DNA of 64,000 nucleotides from positions 13,051,037 to 13,115,036 of the forward strand of contig OZ316891.1 in assembly GCA_973895155.1 (NCBI GenBank), in the 5' to 3' direction. Every line of letters begins with the position of its first letter. Position 1 is the stretch's first letter. The notes beneath the pieces were generated by a model. That model searched no databases and had not been told where the DNA came from. It was given only the letters and a program-made list of their open reading frames with translations. The stretch is from Marsupella aquatica (Eukaryota; Plantae; Marchantiophyta). Shown here in pieces: positions 51,125 to 64,000 of this stretch. Position numbers and translations under genes: made by a program.

Positions 51125-52124
51125 TTTCGGTCTGGAGAAAGGCAGTAGGGAGGGCAGTCAGGCAGTGCCCCAGTGCCAAGATGCATATGAATCTACGAAC
51201 ATCCAAACACCACGCAATAGCATCCGTTTGAAGGTCAGGGAACAATTAATAGATCTGGTACGCAACAAGCCCAACTCCTGCCTGTGATGGTTAATTGTGC
51301 ACAGGTAACTCGCGGGAGGGTTTGGGGATGGTGGTCAATTTTGTCAGTGACCGGTGGGCTCTGGCCAGTTTACAGACTCTGGTATATTTAGATCCCCAGC
51401 TGTGGCCGTGAACAGAGCTTTTCAGTGCAGTTGGCTGCTACGACGCCGGATAAGGCAGGAGAAGGAATCCCATGGGACTGTACATGGGTGTTGAGGGTTG
51501 TCCATGATTATAGGGGCTTGCTTGATGTACGCTGGACACTTGTATGGACTTCTAGTGAAGAGACTATATTTGCCATGCATAAGGTGATACTTTAGATCAT
51601 GGAATATCACTAAGACTGGAGAGTGAGTTAAACTTAATTAAAAGGAACGCTGGAGGCCCACTTTCTGGTGATAATGTTGTATGGGTACCATCTTGTTCTA
51701 CAAGTTATTTTATCTTATTTAAACTTTGTGGTATATATCCTCATTTAATGTCCCTCAATAAGGGTGTTTTCCCTTTGAAAATTTTAGGTTTGAGTTTCTA
51801 CTTGCATCCCCTTATACCATAGACAAGGGATAGATAAGGGGGTTCAATGACTCCCCAAGGAAATGATCTAACTCGTGGCTTTGTCTCGCGCTTGCTCCAT
51901 CCCTCCCTCCGTCCCTCCCTCCCTCCCTCCCACCCCTTTTCTAGAGAGTGTCCTGCTTGGGATTGGAACCTAATGTACCAATTGACAATGAGATTTAGTT
52001 AATAAATTGGGTGAAATATATATAAGTGGAATGTGAATAGAGATAGTAAGTTGTTACTTTGACACGACATGCCCACCGTACCACTTTCTTGCAAGGTTTC
52101 ACATTCTTTTCTAAGTTTGATTTC

Positions 52125-52153
52125 CAACAACAACAACAACAACAACAACAACA
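52125..52153. repeat. (CAA)n microsatellite
   Basis: About 9-10 perfect CAA units. Confidence 0.9.
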
Positions 52154-54533
52154 TTCTAAATCAAAAGACCTAATATGAAACCCTGTTCTTTCTTTCTAAT
52201 GATTGTTTATGAAATGTCACTATGACTGGAAGCTTCCCTGCAGTCATTTGATTCAGGAGTGGATTGGTGCAACTGTGCACATTTTCCATGCCCATCTTGT
52301 CACACTCCCCACAACTCACACTCTTTTGCCAGGCCAAACCAGAGACGCCTCAAATGTTAGACTGCCTGACCATCTCACTTGTGTACAACAACACATCCCC
52401 TCAACACCACATACTTACTATCAACAATACGAGCAATGCATAAGCATTGGGGGAGTTTCATTGATGTAATAGGCCCACCACTGTCCATCATATCTCCCGT
52501 CCCCTTTACCCCTCTAGTAATCTAACTAACATCTAGTAATGGTTTACATCTAACACTATAATAGGCAATCCCGCCCATTTGGCCACTTTCGTCCGTCATC
52601 CCGTTACGAATTTGAATATCAGCGGGAATGAAACTGAACCTTCAGATTAAAGCATCTCTTTTTTCGTATCCATCCGATTGTGAAACGAGACATGCATCAG
52701 ATTTTGCTCCCTTCCGTGCACCCCCGTGCACTCATTATGCCCCTCCATCCCCACCCGCAGCAAGGACCTCTGCATAGGGCTTCGCAACCCATGTAACTTA
52801 CATTCCATGCACTTTGTCCCTATGGGACCGGCCCTCCTTGCACAGTGCAAGGCACTGGCATAGGGCTCGTATTTATAGAATACACTTAAAATTCCGCTCC
52901 ACAATGCAAAACAATCCCCCTACAATATAAAGTTTTAGCTATATTATGCTATGAGTGAGAATGTTTATGAGCAGGGAACACTAGAGGACAAGTGAACTTT
53001 ATTGCTTGGAACCTAGACAAAATCAATTTTGTCATTTTACAACTTTCTTGCTTGAGACCTAGACAGCACTTTTTCTTGTTTTTCAACACAGGTACGTCAG
53101 TATAAAAATAAGGTTGTTTAAGCTGGGACTACCTTATAGTGATGTTTTCAATATTCATGTATATAGTAGCTCGCTGGTAAGAGAGAAGCTTTACGTAACA
53201 GGTCATAGCATCCCCAAAGTGAGGGGCTTGACCTTGAGTTTTGAGGGGCTATTATTGCTCATAATGCACTCATAACATGGAGTCATCAAGTTTAAGGCCT
53301 AAGATTTTCATTTTGGTGTTTTCAGTAAAAGTGCAGGGGAAGTTTCACAATTCACTAATCTGGACTGTGCATTCTTCTCCATAAAAACATCAAAAAATAC
53401 AAAGAGAAAACTCACAAAGGGAATTAAGTATATAATAGGGGGTTTCAAACCTCAAAATTTGATGGACCTTAACTTAGTAGTTAATGTTAAGGACATAAAA
53501 AGTTAAGGACTACCAAATTCATGATCCCTAATCCATGCCCTAACATTTTGCCACAGACTGGTCATATAATTATATGTCATGATCATTAGTCACTCTGGAG
53601 GCTAGTCAAACAAACAAACCTTTACATAACCTTTTGAAAAAGCTTTGGCCAATTTTTATGGCCAAACACCATCATCCATAACTATGAAGGTTTGAGATAG
53701 TGACAACCTATTTCTGAGCTCTAATGCCCCAAAGTTCCAAACATTGGGGGCTTAGCTCAAGTTTTAAGGGACGGTTCTTGAACTGTCCATGATGCCCTGG
53801 TAACCAGGAATAATACAATTTCAATTCTAAAAGATTTTCACTCCAAACTATTTGTGGTCTTTTTGCTTCCGTCTTTGCATTTGAATGCCAACCCCAAAAT
53901 TCCATGCGAATTAAAGTTTTACTTTTCTGGTTTGGGGTTCCTAGTCTCTCTACCTCTTTTGCTTTCCCTTCATTGTACTTATTTTTGTCCCCTCTTGTAT
54001 AAATTATGGTTCTTTTCCCAATTTTTAACCGAAAGACAAGTGGAAGCCCAATCTCATGATGCCGTTCAGCGCCTGGTGGGCATTCTCTTCCATAATGTAC
54101 AGAAAAATACTAAGAGACAAATTTTGAAATGATTCAAGAGTAAAAAGTGCTTCAAATGATAGAAAAAGTGGTCAGATTGAGGACAAGGGTGTGACCCAAT
54201 CTTTGACCAATCCACATGTTACAAGATAGTAGCTCAACATCATAGACACGATCCCAGTTTTGCAGATTGGCTAGAGTTATTATTGTGCACGCAATGATGG
54301 ACACCCTTGCCCCGCCCTAAAAAATGTAAGAACCCATTGTAGAAAGTGCTATATCTAGTTCATAATTGTTCATGACCTCTGGTCTAGAGTTGAAGCCTCT
54401 AGACTGTGACTAAGTGATCACAAGGTGTGGGATGAGGTAACAGGCAGGGACGGCAATCGTGTGCTTGATAAAAGCTCAGGCCATAAGCTAGTATGGCTGA
54501 AGAAAGTGGCAGGCAAGGTTCCTGCCTAAAAGT

Positions 54534-54633
54534 TCCACTCTCCCTATCTAGAAAAGCTGATTGAGAATTGGAGTGTGAACAAGCTCCACTCTCCCTCTCT
54601 AGAAAAGCTGATTGAGAATATGAAGTGTGAACA
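54534..54633. repeat. Tandem duplication, ~51-bp unit x2
   Basis: TCCACTCTCCCT(A/C)TCTAGAAAAGCTGATTGAGAAT..GTGTGAACA at 54534 and 54585. Confidence 0.88.
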
Positions 54634-55919
54634 CTTTAGCCTCCAAAGTGAGGGTCGGAGTTCTGAGTTTGACTGTGGGCTATCACTGTCTTGATCTTCC
54701 CCACCCCTGAATAGGCTGGCTGGTGCTCCTCTGCCCCTCTGATTGAAAACTGAAATCTGAGTTCTATGCCATAGTGGAAAGTAGGTTTGTGCAAAATGCA
54801 ATTAGATCAAACAAATTCGTTTGCAGTACAAAAATGTGAGGTTCCAAAGAGGGGTGGACTGGAACCATATGCAGGCAGAGCAGGAAATGGAGCGAAATTG
54901 AAAGTGCACACCACGAAGAACCTTATATGAGCCACTGCCCAGGAGATGGTGTAATTGGTTTGAAATTGGCTGCAAATACATGTTTTGGCAGGCCTAAGTG
55001 AATACCAAAAAGATAGGGCCACCCATGAAAGAACGGAAAAAGAAACAAGCAAAACTTATTTTCCTTGCGACTTAACAATGGCGAACCAAGTCAGGGTCTA
55101 GCTTTTGAATTTGACTCCGGGCTACCATCCTTAAATGTTGGACTAGAATCCCCAATCAATTCCGTGATGACGCAATCTGCTGGGCTGCAGGCAGGACAAA
55201 GCAACATATGCCCATGCAATGATGCAATGATGCAATCGAGTGGCTGCAATGATTGCATGAGCAGCCGAATTATGGTGTGGAAGGTGCAATTAATGGCAGG
55301 GACAGAACTCTCATTGGGAAAAAAACATGATGTACGATCTGACGATCATGTAGAGTAGCACAAACAAGTTAGGTTGCTGGCCTTATAATTATGCCCTCTA
55401 AAAAATTTTAAAAAAACATTTTAAAACTTTCGTCTCCCGCAACCATTCAAATATCAATCTACGCCAAAACTAACTTAATTATCAGGTTGTCGTTTCTTAA
55501 ATGTGATTTGACTTAACCATGCACATTAACCCAAAACACATGTTACGAGGTCAATTTTGCACAAAAGATGTCATTATGTAATTATGTCATTGTACTTAAA
55601 ATGTTATTAAATAAAATATATCATTAAATAAAATATATGGTTGTTCAAAAGATATAGTTAAATATATATTATTATAAAAAATATTTTTTACTAAAAAATA
55701 TTATTCGATAAAAGATGTTAATGTGTAATAAATGATATTATGTTAAAGATGTAGTTAAAAAAATATCATGATACAAAAGATATCTTTGTTAGAAGGATCT
55801 CATTGCATTAATTAATTGTCAAATGAAAGATGTTATGACACAAAGAGAGAAAACAACCACCACCCAAGTATAGCAAAATGAGAATGATTTATTTTGTTAT
55901 TTTCTTTTTAAACCTTAAT

Positions 55920-56430
55920 ACAAAGATGTTGATGAGAAAAAAAGATGTCAAGCTGAGAAAAAGAAGTAAAGCAAAACAATTGTCAAGGAGAGAAAAGATG
56001 GCTATGTGAGAAAAGTATGTGAAGATAAGGAAAAGATGTTGTGGTGAGATAAAATGTGAAGGTGAAAAAAAGGTCAAATCGATGTTAAGGTGAAAACATA
56101 TGTCAATGAGAAAAAAATATGTTGAGGTGAGACAAAGAAGTCAAGGTGAAAAAAGATGTCGAGGAGAGAAAACATGGCAAGATGAGTCCCGAGGTGAGTG
56201 AAAGATGTTGTGGTGAGATAAAGATGTCAAGGTGAGAAAGTTGTCAAGGTGAAAAAAAGATGTCAAGATGACAAAAAGATGTCGAGTCAGGTGAGAATAT
56301 ATAATTCTCGAGGAGAGAAACAAAAATCAAGGACCTAAAAGATGCCAAGGGGGAGAAAAAATTGTCGTTGTGAGATAAAGATGTCAATGTGAGAAAGAAA
56401 TGGCGAGATGAGAAAAATATGCCAAAGCAA
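55920..56430. repeat. Degenerate purine-rich minisatellite (~20-bp AAAAGATGTCAAGGTGAG-like units)
   Basis: Many diverged copies of AAAGATGT(C/T)(A/G)AG(G)TGAGA. This explains the Phe/Ser/Leu/His-rich spurious minus-strand ORFs. Confidence 0.75.
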
Positions 56431-57789
56431 GGTAGAGTTGTTGTGGTGGTATTCAACAACTCATGCATTGCACATAAAAATTGGAGACGCAAGATAATGG
56501 TCACTGCAGCATAGAGTTCAAGCACAACCGAGTGATAGAAAAAAATTTAGTTTCAATTTTTAGAGAGCTTAAAACTGAATATGTTTTATTTATATTCAAA
56601 ACTTTAAGGTTAATATCCAATTCTTTAAGTCTCAATTTTAATAATTAGTTTTTAATTAATATTCAATTAGTTTTTTATCTTGGTCGGGTTTGGGTAGGCT
56701 ATGGGTAGCTTGGGCAGAGGTAATTGAGAATAATAGAGGTATGGATGGATCCTATGGTTGTAAAAAAACAATTTTTTACTTAAGGGCTAGGATTTGTTCA
56801 CAGTTTTTCTTGAGTTTGTTAAATGTACAATTTCTAGAGGATATGGTATTATATTGACTTATGATACTCCTGCATATAATAGGGTTCCTTTTTGTCTTTT
56901 GTCCCCATCATTCCATTCATTTTGGTGTGAAAAGTGCATCAGGGTTAGTTGCATTTTTTGTTTCAACCATTTGATTCCATACTTTTGGTCCACGCTATAT
57001 TTAATTTGCTTTTGGTTTTATCCCTTCTGTTTAATGATTACTATTTTTCTTAGCATTGTATTTTTGAATGACAACCACTGCATAAAAAGGCGCAACCTTG
57101 TATTATAGGAGTTAATTGTTCAGACACAATAGGTTCACATCTTGTCCAAAGTAACTCCCTCTGACCATAATAGTGGGGGAATGAGAGGGCAGAAATGCAA
57201 AACAAACAAACAAAACTACTCCACACTTGTACTCTAGTGATTGTTGGATGGAGGGATCTGATCAAGGGTGAAGGTTTGCTTGGATAGATTAGCATGAGTG
57301 AATCATAAGCCTCAATGTCTATGCAAAGCAATTGTGCGTCACCTTGGGTTAGTCCAGTCGAGTTAAGTCAACCAACTTATGAAATTGGTGGCAAACTGAT
57401 AACTAAAATTTTCTGGGAGCAGGTCCATAAATTCAACCAATTTGGTAATGACCTCTATGCATTTCAATCTACCATTATGCCTGGGGTCCTCACTTCTTTT
57501 CTTTCTACCCATCGTGCACAAAGAAGTTAGGAGTTTTAAAATTCAATTGCGAGGAAGACTTAAAATTTTTGCTGAAGAAATATAGGGGTGCCAATTTTGA
57601 GAACTATAGTGTTTTTGAATACAAAATCTGGGAATAATCTAAAATATTCCATAAAGTTAAGGGTTAAAAATACTAAAAATAAACTTTATTTTCCTAAGTT
57701 TTAGGGTGTTTATTACTTGACAACTTTCTGCGTGATATGGGAGCTCCCTTGGAGTGAGGCCCCCGAGCCATTCCGGGGACCCATTATGT

Positions 57790-58065
57790 TCCTTTCCTCA
57801 TAAGTCTGCCTTCCTTCTACTTGTTGCATGCATTCAATGAACTTGTTCACATCTTTCTTGATGTCACCCCACTTCCCTTCAAGGGACTTCTTTCCCATAA
57901 CCTTGGTGTGCTTGGGCTTGTGTTTCTTGTGGTGGTCACTGACCCCATCCCCCCAAAATGGGGCTTGTTGCCCTATTCCCAACTCATGGATCTTGCAAGA
58001 TATAGTACAAGATGCTATAGCAGACCTACTTGAGCTCATCCTTAGAGTTGTTTTTCCCATGCATT
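57790..58065 (-). pseudogene. PIF/Harbinger accessory Myb/SANT-like (NAM-associated type) ORF relic
   Basis: Two frames join to give GKNNSKDELK*VCYSILYYILQDP*VGN / QQAPFWGDGVSDHHKKHKPKHTKVMGKKSLEGKWGDIKKDVNKFIECMQQVE. This matches the RGxNF..E...LC...ISQDP..GNxQ..FW...SL..KW..IK..V.KF pattern of Harbinger Myb-like proteins. A TIR-like TTGGAGATG lies at 58558-58566. Confidence 0.7.
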
Positions 58066-58279
58066 GTTCCCATGGAGGTCAGGTTTTGTGCAGAGGTGAT
58101 ACTCATTGTGGCACCAGAATTGCACGGTGGAGTGTGCAACTTTGGAATTAAGTACAGCTGGTACCAAGATTCAATTGTGCATTTTGTGTTGAAACGGCTC
58201 ACAAGAATTTTGTATGTGCACAGTACTTGGCGCCATGTCTAATTGTTAAGGCCAGGATCCCGCCCAGGATCTTCTGTGT

Positions 58280-58353
58280 GTGCATGGATTACTTAGAAAT
58301 GTCTATGCTTGCGTGCATGGATTACTTAGAAATGTCTATGCTTGCGTGCATGG
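58280..58353. repeat. Tandem duplication, 33-bp unit x2.2
   Basis: GTGCATGGATTACTTAGAAATGTCTATGCTTGC at 58280 and 58313. Confidence 0.92.
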
Positions 58354-60452
58354 GGAAGGAGGCAAGGATATGGGCATTGTCCTCTAGCTGCTTATCCCCC
58401 AAATGTGGCCCCAAACGTTGCAGCCAGGGTCAATCAGAAAGGGTCCCTAGTCGCCAATGAATGTGTTAGGGATAGGGGCCAGCAATGAGAATGCTCCCCA
58501 CCACTTTTGTCCACTATGTGAGGATTTTTGGGGTTAGGGGCCAATTTGCCCCTGTCATTGGAGATGATTTGAGGAAGGAGAGGAAGAAAAGGTTCCTATA
58601 GAAGACAATGTGAAACTCTAATACAGGGCAGAATATACAAAGGCTCATGTCCCCAACCATCCATTGAACATGGCCTGGTCCTCTAGCTAAGCAGACACGA
58701 GGGCAAACAAAGAGGGACTAAGGAAATCACTCTTGAGGCAAAGGCAAACCGTGGAAACCTCTTGACGCCGACAGAAAGGGAATGAACCTCAATGTAATGT
58801 GGATTAGAGATGTCTATGTTAGACATATATTTCCTCTATCCCTGGGTATGAGCAGGGGTATGAATAACCTCAAACCAAAACAAGAGATTGATAGATATGC
58901 TGAAGGATATGCTGAGGTCTCTAACATTCTCCATTGATACCAGAGTCCTACCAACAAGTTTTGGCATTGTTACTTTGCTAAGAGAAGGGAAGATTGTACA
59001 GTCATATTCAACTTAAGTCCTTATATAAACCTAGCCTGTTGCTGACCCACAAGTTTTGGGAAGGATGGGTCGGAGAGAATTTTTGTGAGATGTTTTCTAT
59101 ATGATGGTCGTGTATGGAGATCTGGAAGTGTTCAATTTTGAATTGCTCATTGCCTACGGTGGCAATCATCCTTTATAATGTCTGGAGTTGCTGAAGTTTT
59201 TGGACCAATATGACAGGTAGAAATTAAAGGAGGGGTTCTGAAGATTTCAAACAAATTGAATGCACTGAGCATAATTGTTTACACTTTTAAGAAGCCAGAG
59301 GATTTGAAGAGGATGTGGAACAATTGTTATCTGCCTATTAGCTGGTGTATAGGTCCATTTTTACGGCATCATTATGTCTTTTAGACAAGTGATTGAAATC
59401 ACGTCATATGAGTAAAGTTTCTGCAACAAATTTCCCAATGTTCACCATGCTACTGGCAGTAATGTGGACTTTCTCATAGTTTACCTTGAATCAAAGCTAT
59501 AAGGTTGGGTAAACAACATGTTAATCATATAGCATACTCATCCTGGAGCAAAAAAATGTTAATTTCTCCTATGCAGGATATAAAAAAGTGCAATGTGAAA
59601 GGGGTAAAAAGGGGCAAGGCGATGAGTATGCAAGGGTATGGGTATCCAAGGGTATACCGTAGGGTATCCAAGGGCTCACGAAGGGCTGGCTCGAATGTCC
59701 AGTCGAAGAGAACCTAAGGGCCGTCTTGCATGTCTTTGGTCCTTTGCACATCGGCCCTAAATGAACTCGTGTCATGAGTTGAGGCAGCGAGAGGGCGGCA
59801 GTCCTGATCGCTTCTTTTGTGGAGATACAAGGCAAGGGCCGGAAAATTTCCGGCCCTTGAGGTCCCGAACTTTTAAAATTTAATAAAACAAAACATTTGG
59901 TTTTAACTTTTCCCCGACATCTGTGGCTTGGTAAGGGCCGCAGTTTTCAGGACTCTTGCACATGCAAGATAGTCCTAAACCTAAAGCAAGGGTCGAAGCT
60001 TTGGGCTCAGGGCTGGCTCGCAAAGGGCTCGGCTCAGGGCTGGCTCGCGGAGGGCAAGGGCTGCGGCTGCTGGACTCAATGCTGCTGGACTCTGCTGTGC
60101 TCTCACTCACAGCTTGCTCTCGGCGTTGCCGATGCTCTTGTCTCACTCTTGCTGATGCTGCTGTGTTTGAATGGAGAGGAAATCGTTGCTCTACCTGCTG
60201 TGCTTGGATTTCGCTACGCTCTCTTCGGACCTCTGTGCTTGGTGCTCGGATTTCACTGTTTGGATTTTTGCTGCTCCATGCTGAGTTCCGTCTCATTGTG
60301 CTCTCTTTAGACTTGTTTTGAGCTCGGTTTTGAAAACAGAGCTGTCGTATTTTGCTACTTCATTCTGAAAACAAAGCTTTCATATTTTCAGCTCGACTGG
60401 CTGGCAAAGGAGAGAGAGCTTGCGATTGGGCTGAACATACTAGCTGGGTGCT

Positions 60453-60741
60453 CTCGGGGGGTTAACTTAGTGTATATTTTTGGGTACCAGGTGCGATCCT
60501 AGCCTAATATAAACACACCTATTTTATAATGGGAATATTCTAAAATATTCTCTATTTTCAATACTAATGACTTATTTTACTTTATAAAAGGTATATATAA
60601 TTAGAGAATATTTTACAAATATAAGTTTATAATACCTTCTTTTGCTTCCTACGCTTTTTAAAAATTTAGCTAATTTATATGAAAAATACCTACTTTGGAT
60701 CGCACGTGGTTCCTAAGATTGTTGATAGTCAACCCCCCGAG
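60453..60741. mobile_element. Foldback MITE (289 bp) with 8-bp TSD
   Basis: Termini CTCGGGGGGTTAACT / AGTCAACCCCCCGAG. Subterminal inverted match GGTACCAGGTGCGATCC / GGATCGCACGTGGTTCC. TSD TGGGTGCT at 60445-60452 and 60742-60749. Confidence 0.85.
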
Positions 60742-62079
60742 TGGGTGCTGCGATGGGCTGCCAGGTTGCTCTCATGGCTCTAACTAGTTCCTGAGTTTAG
60801 GGTCTCATTTTGGATCTGATTCATTCCAGCCAAAGGGTTTTCTGGAACTCATTTTGGTTTGTGCTCGATTTCTTAGGCATCAGTGCTCGGACTCGCTGCT
60901 CGATGTTTAGTTTGTTAGTCCATGCATGCTCCAGCTGTGCTCTCCCTGTCTCTTGTTTTGTCTGCCTTGATGCTGCTTGACCCTTGGCTACTAGAGAGTT
61001 TAGAGTTTGGTGTGTCATGGGTTTGCTGTCACTGCCCTTTAGTTGGATGCTTGAGCTCGATGCTAGTTGTTACAGCTTGCTGGATGCTGCTAGTCGTTGT
61101 TGCTTGTTGCATGATCAATACTAGCTGCTGCTGGATGTTCCATGTGTTGTGGTCTGGGCTATGCCATTTTCATGTGCTCTAGAATCTTTGTCAAATCCTA
61201 GGTGTTTTGCAAATCTCCTGCTCTGCACTCTTAGCTTGTTGATTTGATTTCCTAAGCTTTGCTAAGGTTGCGATCATCCCATTTTAGATTCCTATGTTCA
61301 CAAAATCAATCTGCCTCCTTGCCATCCATGGGTCCAGAGTCCAGACTCTGCTTGGAAGGTTGTCCAGTGCTCACTGGACAATTCAGGGTTCAATTCCCTG
61401 ACAGATGTTCAAGTGCATGGTGTATTTAAGAGTTTAAAAACAATGAAGAATTAATCCGTGGACCCCCATGTTCATCCAAGGAATGTGTGTGTGATTAAGT
61501 GAAATCAATTTCAGCAAGGCGGTAATCGACGATTTTGAGTCTCCCAATGGTGTTGGTGTGTGCTCGTACAAAAACAAATGCTCAAAAGATAGAGATTTAT
61601 CAAACGGAAGGTTGAATGTGGAGGAATTGAGTTTTTTTACAGGTTTTGCTCACACATTGGAGAAATCCTCTTTCAACCATTCTTGATTGATTGTTTGTGA
61701 TTTACATTGAGCATTACCGCCACAAGACAGACTAGAGCACAACACTCAGCTGTTGGCAAAAGAGCACTTGTCAATTCGGTGGGAAGAACACACAAAACGA
61801 ACGAGCCATCACTTCACACAAAGGATTTGTAGTTATTTTTATCTAAGAAAGCTATGGTGTGAGGGAAAGACCAACAATTGTTTCTTTGACATAGAGGTTG
61901 CATTTGGCGTCAACCTGTGTTCAGAGTGAGCTTTAGTTGAAGACTATCTAAGAGATGCGAACAATTCAAGCCGGGAAGCAAGCATTGTGGACAAGCGATG
62001 ACGACGTTATCAAAGAAATCAATTTGTAGCGGCTAAGTTTTTGATGATGACGAGATTGTGATATCTCTTAATCGAGAAA

Positions 62080-62510
62080 AGGTTTCCAATGAGCCTCACA
62101 TTGACAAATTTTGTCAAGTTCCATATGAGTATAAGAAATTTTGATCATGGGTTCATGAATTCTTTTAGCTTTCCAACATTGAATCCAACATTGACAAATT
62201 TCATGTTAGATTTTGTCACGGTACTAAAGAGATCAGGAGGTTTTCAGCCTCTTCAGCCTTCTAATGTGTGACATTGAGATTATTTGTCAAAGAAATAGAG
62301 AGATCATGTAGCTTGCCAATGAAACTAACATTGATAGATTTTGTCAAGTACTAAGGAGATGATGAGTTTTTAATTTTACTCTCTAGCTTTCCAATGAGTG
62401 TGACATTGAGAGATTTTATCAAGACATTACTAAAGAGGTCACGAGTTTTTAAATCTTTATCTTGAGTTTTCCAATGAATCAAACATTGGTAGATTTTATC
62501 AAGTACTAAC
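62080..62510. repeat. Degenerate repeat array (~6 copies, irregular 50-95 bp spacing)
   Basis: TTTCCAATGA..ACATTGA(C/G/T)A(A/G)ATTTT(G/A)TCAAG cores near 62083, 62170, 62260, 62313, 62388 and 62468. Confidence 0.7.
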
Positions 62511-64000
62511 AAGATTTATTATTTACTTTTACAATGTGAAGCCAAAGGGGTTTTAACTATGTACATTTCTATCCATTGGTTTTTTCAAACTTGCAAACAA
62601 TTAAAAAATACAAGCATTTTGATATAAAACACTGATATATCTTTGACAAACATCAAAATAGTAACTTTGTTTTACTAAATGACATCTCTTCCTTTGTATT
62701 TTGGTTTTTCTTACGTTTAATATTTACGGCATGGCGCCCAGAAAATGACGTTGCTTCTGCCACAAACAGGAATGTGCATGTTTGTTTTTGTTAAAAGTAG
62801 GATCATTCCTGTTTGTGACTGGTTCTGGTGATGTGGTGCAACCTCATGGCAGAGAATTTGCAAGAGACCCCTAATGGGGGTCCGTAAAAACCGAACTGCT
62901 GCCAAATGGCTGTAGAAAAATAGCAATTGCGACTCTGTCTCAGAAAAAATTTCCGCCATTGCACAGATCTGGTTTGTTTGAAATTTGGTCTTGGTAAAAA
63001 ATTCCCGACATTGTTTGGGATATGGGTAAAATGTAACCTTAATTTATGCTAAACTAAATCAGGGAAAAAAGTTGAAAAATGTAACGTCGCTTAATTCCGT
63101 ATAGCAATGTTCATCATAATAGAGCTCCCTTTGCTTGACTACAAACAATGGTTCAATTTCCTTCCATTTGCTTTTCATCATGAGCATGCATACAAGGGAG
63201 GAGATCCATAACACCCGAGATGACACCATTAGTGGCACCATTGAGTCAATCACCAGAAGTTATTGACTTAGTTACTTAGCATCTTTACACTAAGACATGA
63301 GGTTTATACCAAATAGTCCTTAAGTTGACACAAGAATCCTGTTTGGAAGCATGCAACACAGAAACTTTCCAAAGTCAAACTTATAAAAATAAATCAGAAG
63401 CCTAATTTGGTAGGCCCATCAATTTTGCAGCTAATGTGCAGGCCTTCAATTGCATTTTCCCATTTGGACAGATTCTGTCGCTGACTTCTCTCGTGAATAA
63501 TCTCTAGCCAAGGAAAGCTAAGGCATGGAACTACCACGTACCTTGGGAAGTTGGTTGAAGGTCAGACCCCATAACCTAGGATAAGCACCAAGTCGGCTCA
63601 ATTGTAGCACCCTAAGATATACGTCCGAATGGATGTAGGGACCTCATGTTGTGGCTAAGTGAAGTTTGAAGGGACTTAGTCTAAGGCCCAGAAACCGCCA
63701 CATGCAAACTCTTGCCACAGCCAATCTGCACCTGGCCATCAAAGAGCTTGTGACCAAGTTGACGATCCCCTTCAAGTAGTTACTCTGGCTAGTGAGCCAG
63801 CTACTTGGCAGGAAAGTCTTAAGCTGACAACTTTAGTAAGTACGTGGAAGCGTGATTGGGAAGGTTGGTTGGCTTCCGGAGCTCAAGTCACCCAAAGGGG
63901 CAGTGATCTTGAGCCCGGGTGGGGTGCTAGTTCCGCTATGGGCCAAAGAGACATAGGATATAAGGCAAAAGGGATCCTTGTGAAGGGGACGGTGTGCAAC

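Noticed and set aside
55889-56525. Hydrophobic minus-strand ORFs
   Set aside because: They are artefacts of the purine-rich minisatellite.
59880-60321. Three overlapping 120-140 aa ORFs
   Set aside because: They come from GC-rich short-repeat sequence that is open in several frames, with no recognisable protein motif.

Overview
Eukaryotic, intron-rich genomic DNA from a land plant, most likely a lineage with flagellated sperm such as a bryophyte, lycophyte or fern. This is inferred from a plant-type ADF plus an LRRC9 homolog. Two intact spliced genes were hand-assembled: a 20-exon LRRC9-like gene (1009-15400, about 1598 aa, LRRs around a PARP/ART-like fold, one GC-AG intron) and a 3-exon actin-depolymerizing factor (31364-32062, 139 aa). 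Between them lies a nested mobile-element complex. A full-length but decayed L1-clade LINE (19459-26317, minus strand, perfect 17-bp target-site duplication) is inserted into a decayed, apparently intron-containing gene whose 3' part encodes a Crypton/DUF3504-type tyrosine recombinase with K-x-x-R in place of the usual H-x-x-R motif. This putative plant Crypton is the most unusual element in the window. The right half is mostly non-coding: a tRNA-derived SINE, a foldback MITE with an 8-bp TSD, a PIF/Harbinger Myb-like ORF relic, many 30-134 bp tandem duplications, minisatellites and a CpG-retaining ORF-less block (about 44.1-49.9 kb). All calls were made by eye from the sequence and no database searches were run.
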